A program made the position numbers and the translations under genes. A stretch of 64,000 bases of DNA, taken from Bryobacterales bacterium. GTDB taxonomy: Bacteria > Acidobacteriota > Terriglobia > Bryobacterales > Bryobacteraceae. Below, one piece after another: positions 59,028-64,000 of the stretch. The notes below the pieces were generated by a model. The model searched no databases. It saw only the letters and a list, made by a program, of their open reading frames with translations, and was not told where the DNA came from. The stretch covers positions 3,225,500 through 3,289,499 of the forward strand of contig CAVQTR010000003.1 of NCBI GenBank assembly GCA_963716685.1. The letters run 5' to 3'. Numbering within the stretch: position 1 is the stretch's first letter; every line of letters starts with the position of its first letter.

Positions 59028-59983
59028 TTAAACCGAGGGCACAAAAGCATCGGCATAGATATCGCGTGATGCCGCCCCGGCCAGAAAGATCCTTTTGCGG
59101 AGGAGCTTGACGATCTCAGGATCGCCATACACAAAGGCGCGCCATCCGCTGAGCTGAGGCAGCCGTTCCAGCAGCACCTTTTCGATTGAGCCGGACGCAA
59201 TCTCTCCATCGCTGTTCTTCAGAACGCATGGTGTGTACTCCACATTCGGATAACGGGCCGCAATATCCCGAAGTTCTTCCCGCAGGTACAGGCCGCCCTC
59301 ATCCACTGCCCCATGAAACAGCGAGATCGGACCCGTATGACCCTGCCTAAGTGCGTCAAGCAGGATTCCATAGAGAGGCGCAAGACCGGTACCCGTGCCA
59401 GCCAGAAGCAGCGGCTGGTCCGGGCTGCCCGGCAGGTAAAAACAATCGCCCGAGGGTCCCTGGATCTGAACTCTGTCGCCTACCCGCGCGATGTCATGAA
59501 GCCAGCCGCTCATTTTACCCCCGGCGATGCGACGCACATGGATCTGGATTTCGAACCCGCCCGGCAAATTGGCAATCGAGTAACTACGGGCCAGCGTTCC
59601 GTCCAGCAGCAGCGTTATATATTGACCCGCCCGGAAATCGACCCTGGCGTCGCATCGGAGCCATACTGCGAGCACGCCTGCGCTCAACTGCTCGAAGGCT
59701 GTAATCGTCGCGCCGAACCGTGCGTCCGTTCCAACGCGGGCAACAGTCAAGTCTGAATCCGGCGTGCACACGCACGGTAGAAAATAGCCCTGCGCCGCCC
59801 ATGAAGGCTTAAGCCCGGCCTGGGCTTTTGCGGGCACGATTCCCTCGACCGCTCGCATCATGCACGAACCGCAAGTGCCGGCCATGCATGAATGCGGCGC
59901 CTCTACACCTCCGCCAAGCAGCACATCGAGAACAGACCTTCCAGGCGCGATTGAGTAAGAGCGCCCGTCAAAATCGCGGTCAT
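59028..59983 (-). CDS. 2Fe-2S ferredoxin domain fused to FAD/NAD(P) reductase (FNR-like), 5' homopolymer frameshift
   Basis: Cx4CxxC...C (CMAGTCGSC...LPCVC), then an FNR module (RSYSIAN, GTGLAP). The listed ORF starts at GTG 59924 with only 12 residues before the first Cys. The ATG at 59983 (MTAI) joins the ferredoxin N-terminus (FDGRSYSIAPGRSVLDVLLGG) if the T4 run at 59970-59973 is read as T5. Confidence 0.7.
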
Positions 59984-59991
59984 AAAATCAG

Positions 59992-60375
59992 TCAGCGGTT
60001 CAGGACGTCTGCGCGGGTGGATTTGGCAATCGCGGCAACCTGCGCGATCAGGTTCGCGGGAACGTTCAAGTCAGTGAGGCTTTGACCGAGCAGTTCCACC
60101 ACAGCGTCGAAATGTGAATCGTTCAGGCCCATCGCCACGAGACGTGCATGGGCCGCTCGCATGTCCTTGCCGGTATAGGACACAGGACCTCCAAACGCCA
60201 TCGTTAGAAAACCTTTTTGCTTCGCGATCTGGCGGTCCATATCGACATCGTCAAAGAATCTGCTGATACGGTCGTCCGCAAGTACCTTTCGATAGAAGAC
60301 GTCAACCGCGGCGTTCACTGCCGCTTCACCGCCGATTTGTTCGTAGAGAGATTGAGTGAACGCCATAATATGCAT
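59992..60375 (-). CDS. truncated haemoglobin, group I (trHbN-like 2/2 globin)
   Basis: 127 aa. SLYEQIGGEAAVNAAVDVFYRKVLADDRISRFF ... AHARL proximal-His region, typical of 2/2 Hb. It is 8 nt upstream of the reductase gene. Confidence 0.8.
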   Translation of the reverse strand: MHIMAFTQSLYEQIGGEAAVNAAVDVFYRKVLADDRISRFFDDVDMDRQIAKQKGFLTMAFGGPVSYTGKDMRAAHARLVAMGLNDSHFDAVVELLGQSLTDLNVPANLIAQVAAIAKSTRADVLNR

Positions 60376-60411
60376 TCAGAATGCATCTTTTTAGCGGAGC
60401 TGTCAAGCTCG

Positions 60412-62226
60412 TCACGCTTCCTGATTCGCCGATACCTTGCGCGCCGATCGGGAAAACGGAAACCGCAACTCAAGCACCCTTTCGCGATCGCGTTCCTCCT
60501 GGAGATTCCGAATACGCGCGCCCAGCAAATCCCCCAGAGCTACGACGCCTTCCAGCAGTCCGGTGTTCCGATCCACAACCGGCATCCGGGTCAAACCCGT
60601 TTCGGCCATGCGCATGACCACAACACGCAAGGGCTCATCCGGATGCGCGGTCACGGCCTCCCGAACCACTGCGCCCAGACTTTGACTTCCCGCATCGCCG
60701 TCGATAATTTCGCGCAGTTGCCCGCGCGTCACCACACCGATGAGTTTCTTCTTGTCGTCTACTACCGGGTATAAATGTTGTCCGTGTTTCGTCTGCCGCT
60801 GCAGCACAACAGGCCGCAGTTCCTCTACCGTCGTCTGCGCGGGGAGCACAGCAACCTTCGTTCGCATTACCTCACGAACAAACATAATCTCCAGCGGGTC
60901 GATGGCGTACTCACGCGTGAGGTGAAATCCTCGCCGTGCCACCTTCTCAGTAAGAATAGACCGTTTCAGCAGCAAGACTGTCGTTCCGTGGGCCAGCATG
61001 GCGGCGACCAGCAGGGGCAGCAGCACGTTGATGTCGTGTGTCAGTTCAAGCGCGAACAGCACTGCGGTAAATGGTGCGCGCATTGTACCGCCCAACATGG
61101 CGCCCATACTGACCAGAGGCCAGAACCCTGCCCCTTCCTGTGGCAGAAAGGCTGCTTCCATTCCGCCCAGAGCAGCGCCCATCATGAGTAATGGCGCCAG
61201 CACACCGCCCGACGTTCCCGACCCCAGCGAGATGATCCAGATTGTTGATTTCACCAGGAGTACACCTGCAATCACGGTCGCTGCGACATTTCCCTGCAAT
61301 AACTCTCGAATCGTGTCGTATCCGACTCCGAGCGCCTGGGGGAAAATCATACCGCCCAGTCCAACGAACAACGCACCGATTGACGGCCACCACATCCAGT
61401 GGATGGGCAATTTCATGAACCCATCCTCGGCCGCATAGACGCCCCATGTCAGTAATGCTGAGAGTGCACCGGCCAGCAGGCCCGCAATCGCGCAGCCCAG
61501 GAGTCCCTCGGGTCCAATGAAGATCGCATGGTGGGGTACCGGGAACAAAGGCCCGAGGCCGAGAATGTAACGCCGGCCCGCGCCTGCAGCCGCGCTCGCC
61601 AGAGCCACCGGGATGGCGCTCCGCGGCTTCCACTCGAACAACAGCAGTTCAACCGCGAGCATAACTGCGGCGACAGGTGTCGCGAAGGTTGCCGACATTC
61701 CCGCAGCCGCTCCCGCTACGAGTAGAGTTTTTCGTTCCGATGCCGTCAGATGGAAGAACTGCGCGACGATCGAGCCAATCGCGCCGCCGGTCATGATGAT
61801 CGGACCTTCCGCACCGAACGGTCCGCCCGAGCCGATCGATATCGCCGCTGACAGTGGTTTCAGGATCGCCAGCCGTGGCTGCACCCTGCTTCCGTGAATC
61901 AGGATTGATTCCAGTGCCTCGGGAATCCCGTGGCCGCGAATCCGCTCAGAACCGTACCGCGCCATAAACCCGATGGCAAGTGCTCCGCCCACCGGCACAA
62001 GAACCGCCCACCAGCCCAAATGGTTTCCCGCCGGAGAGTTGAGCACAGTGCTGATCGTTCCGAAGTAGAAGAGGTTCGTGAAGAACGCAATCAGCCGCAA
62101 GAGTGCCCATGCGACGCAGGTAGCGATCAGGCCGATCACGATTGCCAGCATCGAAATCGGGATCACGCGCGCCGTGGTCGTGAAATCCCCTAAGCCTGCA
62201 GCACGGTCTTTATAATTGTGTTTCAT
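60412..62226 (-). CDS. ClC family chloride channel/H+-Cl- exchanger with C-terminal CBS pair
   Basis: GSGIP-like (GHGIPEA), GKEGP-like (GAEGPII) and GxFxP (GGMIFP) selectivity motifs. Two CBS domains at the C-terminus. 604 aa. Confidence 0.85.
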   Translation of the reverse strand: MKHNYKDRAAGLGDFTTTARVIPISMLAIVIGLIATCVAWALLRLIAFFTNLFYFGTISTVLNSPAGNHLGWWAVLVPVGGALAIGFMARYGSERIRGHGIPEALESILIHGSRVQPRLAILKPLSAAISIGSGGPFGAEGPIIMTGGAIGSIVAQFFHLTASERKTLLVAGAAAGMSATFATPVAAVMLAVELLLFEWKPRSAIPVALASAAAGAGRRYILGLGPLFPVPHHAIFIGPEGLLGCAIAGLLAGALSALLTWGVYAAEDGFMKLPIHWMWWPSIGALFVGLGGMIFPQALGVGYDTIRELLQGNVAATVIAGVLLVKSTIWIISLGSGTSGGVLAPLLMMGAALGGMEAAFLPQEGAGFWPLVSMGAMLGGTMRAPFTAVLFALELTHDINVLLPLLVAAMLAHGTTVLLLKRSILTEKVARRGFHLTREYAIDPLEIMFVREVMRTKVAVLPAQTTVEELRPVVLQRQTKHGQHLYPVVDDKKKLIGVVTRGQLREIIDGDAGSQSLGAVVREAVTAHPDEPLRVVVMRMAETGLTRMPVVDRNTGLLEGVVALGDLLGARIRNLQEERDRERVLELRFPFSRSARKVSANQEA

Positions 62227-62666
62227 GCGCGGTGGCCTTTCCGGCTGTGTCGCAGCATGGACTGAAGTGCTCTCGCCACCTCCGGGCCAGAGCGTTCCAG
62301 TTCCTCACGGTGAGCTACAGCCAATTTGCGGAGAATTGTCTTTCCCTCCGGCGTGAGCCGAATCCACACTTCGCGTCTGTCTTCCGGACCCGGGCTGCGG
62401 GCTATGGCGCCGGCGGACTCAAGCCGATTCACCAACTCGACAGTGCTGTGGTGCTGAATAAAGAGCCTCGATGCCAGTTCGCCGATCGTAGGCTTGACTT
62501 CGGCCGGCAGCCCCTGCACCGCCAGCAATAGTTGATGCTGTTGCGGTTCGATGCCGACACTCTTTGCGGCCGCCTCGCTGAAATGAAGAAACTGACGGAT
62601 CTGCCGCCGGAACTCCGCCAGATCCCTATACTGCTCCGGAGTCAAATCAATGTTCTCATCGACCAC
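62223..62666 (-). CDS. MarR family transcriptional regulator
   Basis: Winged-helix region (QHQLLLAVQGLPAEVKPTIGELASRLFIQHHSTVELVNRLESAGAIAR). 4-nt overlap with the ClC gene. Divergent from the TIR/NB-ARC gene. Confidence 0.8.
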   Translation of the reverse strand: MVDENIDLTPEQYRDLAEFRRQIRQFLHFSEAAAKSVGIEPQQHQLLLAVQGLPAEVKPTIGELASRLFIQHHSTVELVNRLESAGAIARSPGPEDRREVWIRLTPEGKTILRKLAVAHREELERSGPEVARALQSMLRHSRKGHRA

Positions 62667-62882
62667 AAATACATCGTATCACGACATATCTACTGGCAGA
62701 GCCGGCCGCCATCCATCGGGACCTCTGCGTGAGGCGGCAACCTGGTGGACGGCAGTACACCGCGGATCGGATTTCGAGGTTTCGGATGACCGTGTCTACG
62801 TTGAACCAGTCCGCACCGTAATTACAACGCCTACCGGGCCACCTTTGACTGATATTCTGTAGCTCCAAGCTAATGTCCCGGT

Positions 62883-64000
62883 ATGCCCGCTGCTGACTAC
62901 GACCTTTTCCTGAGTCATGCGTGGGCGGATGGGGACCGCCCAGGGCAGATCGCCGATGCGCTAAGGACGGCTGGGCTCCGGGTGTGGTTCGACGCGAACG
63001 AGATCAACGACTTCGACAGCATAACTCGCGCCGTCAACACCGGCCTCGCGAAGGCTAAGGCCCTGCTGGCCTACTTTTCCAAAACCTACCCCACCAGGCG
63101 CGCGTGCCAGTGGGAACTTACGGCCGCCTTCCTCGCCGGGCAAGCCGAGGGCGACCCTCGACGCAGGGTGTTGGTAATCAACCCGGAAACGACTTCCGCC
63201 CACATCCATCCCGTTCAGCTCCGCGACGCGAAGTTCCGCCCGGTGCCCAGGGACGATGCCGATCTCAGGGAATTGGTGCAGGCCGTCGTCAGCCACCTGG
63301 AGGGACTCGAGGGGCCGTTGGCCAACATCCAATCCGTGTCCGCCCCCCAGTGGCACCCTTTGAGCCCGGCGGGTTCCACCCGCTTCGTAGGCCGCATCGA
63401 GAAAATGTGGGAGCTGCACTCCGTGCTGAGTGCCGGCGACGTGGCGCAAGTTACCGGTGCCGCCGCTGCCACCGGAGGCATCGGGCAGGTTCACGGACTC
63501 GCCGGCGTGGGCAAGTCGCTCCTCGCCGAAGAGTACGCCTTGCGTTTCGGCTCGGCTTACCCCGGCGGCATCTTTTGGCTCCGAGCGTATGGTAACGACG
63601 CCACCTCGGCCGCCGGCGATGAAGCGCGCGAGGCACAGCGTGCGGCCCAGGTACGGCAGATTGCGGAAAGGGTCATACCTGCGGAAAGGCTCGGACTTCC
63701 CATTCACGCGCTGACGACAGACCAGATTGAAGGAGCGCTCGGCCGCGAGTTGGCGAAAAGGGAAAAGCGCTGCCTTTGGGTGGTCGACGACGTCCCGGAT
63801 GGCCTCGAACCTCAGGCCCTCCGCCGCTGGTTAGCGCCCGACACCATCGCCCGCACGCTCATAACGACCCGCAGTCGCGCGTACGGCACTCTCGCGCGGC
63901 CGGTGGACCTCTCCGTTCTGCACCCCGATGAGGCCTTCCAACTGCTCACTTCACGGCGGCCCCCGGCTAACAACCAAGAAGAAGATGCGGCACGCGCACT
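62883..64000 (+). CDS. TIR domain / NB-ARC (STAND NTPase) protein, N-terminal 372 aa only; gene continues beyond the window end (absent from the supplied ORF list because no stop is reached)
   Basis: ATG at 62883 after an in-frame TAA at 62871. TIR motifs DYDLFLSHAWADG ... RVWFD ... RACQWELTAAF. P-loop GLAGVGKSLLAEEYA. Walker B CLWVVDDV. LITTRSRAY is the hhhTTR/RNBS-B motif of NB-ARC. Confidence 0.75.
   Translation, partial: MPAADYDLFLSHAWADGDRPGQIADALRTAGLRVWFDANEINDFDSITRAVNTGLAKAKALLAYFSKTYPTRRACQWELTAAFLAGQAEGDPRRRVLVINPETTSAHIHPVQLRDAKFRPVPRDDADLRELVQAVVSHLEGLEGPLANIQSVSAPQWHPLSPAGSTRFVGRIEKMWELHSVLSAGDVAQVTGAAAATGGIGQVHGLAGVGKSLLAEEYALRFGSAYPGGIFWLRAYGNDATSAAGDEAREAQRAAQVRQIAERVIPAERLGLPIHALTTDQIEGALGRELAKREKRCLWVVDDVPDGLEPQALRRWLAPDTIARTLITTRSRAYGTLARPVDLSVLHPDEAFQLLTSRRPPANNQEEDAARA

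Overview
This is a 64-kb segment of a high-GC (~63%) chromosome, most likely from an Acidobacteriota genome of the Solibacter/Bryobacter type. The taxonomic guess rests on a TIGR03437 'Solibacter C-terminal' domain, a carboxypeptidase-regulatory-like TonB-dependent receptor, and lipoproteins rich in TPR, VWA and FG-GAP repeats. About 55 genes are visible, and I found no transposase, integrase, CRISPR array or rRNA.

Gene content in order (interruptions marked fs):
- galK (5' part), a Na+/solute symporter, comEC and a GH43 hydrolase.
- An aldo-keto reductase.
- A GMC oxidoreductase, a Tat-signal subunit-3-like protein and an FG-GAP propeller, joined by overlapping start/stop codons.
- A LigC-type DNA ligase with its MBL exonuclease (fs).
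- A large hypothetical protein, a VWA protein and a TPR lipoprotein (all fs).
- A large YVTN propeller/TIGR03437 protein, a PilZ protein, a TonB-dependent receptor, a secreted repeat protein and an APC permease.
- tRNA-Gly(TCC).
- A polyamine-like cluster: SPFH/zinc-ribbon protein, AdoMetDC-like protein, two DUF4178 proteins, DUF350, SpeE-like protein and a FAD amine oxidase (several fs).
- hom, then pyrR-pyrB-pyrC (all fs).
- An MrfA-like helicase (fs).
- A PAS-HK-REC hybrid kinase, a MoxR ATPase and a PilZ protein in one apparent operon.
- Two M16 peptidases, pyrD, and an ECF sigma/anti-sigma/DUF4097/PDZ envelope module flanked by odd 10-bp tandem repeats.
- arsR-arsM.
- An Rrf2 regulator, an FNR-like 2Fe-2S reductase and a truncated haemoglobin (split flavohaemoglobin-like).
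- A ClC channel and a MarR regulator.
- A TIR/NB-ARC (STAND) gene that runs off the 3' end of the window and is not in the supplied ORF list.

About 15 genes are broken into 2-5 reading frames. In three cases I could pin the break to a homopolymer-length change (A4/A5 or T4/T5). The affected genes include essential ones (pyrB, pyrC). I therefore interpret most of the breaks as homopolymer indel errors in the sequence rather than true gene decay, although they would be annotated as pseudogenes as the sequence stands.
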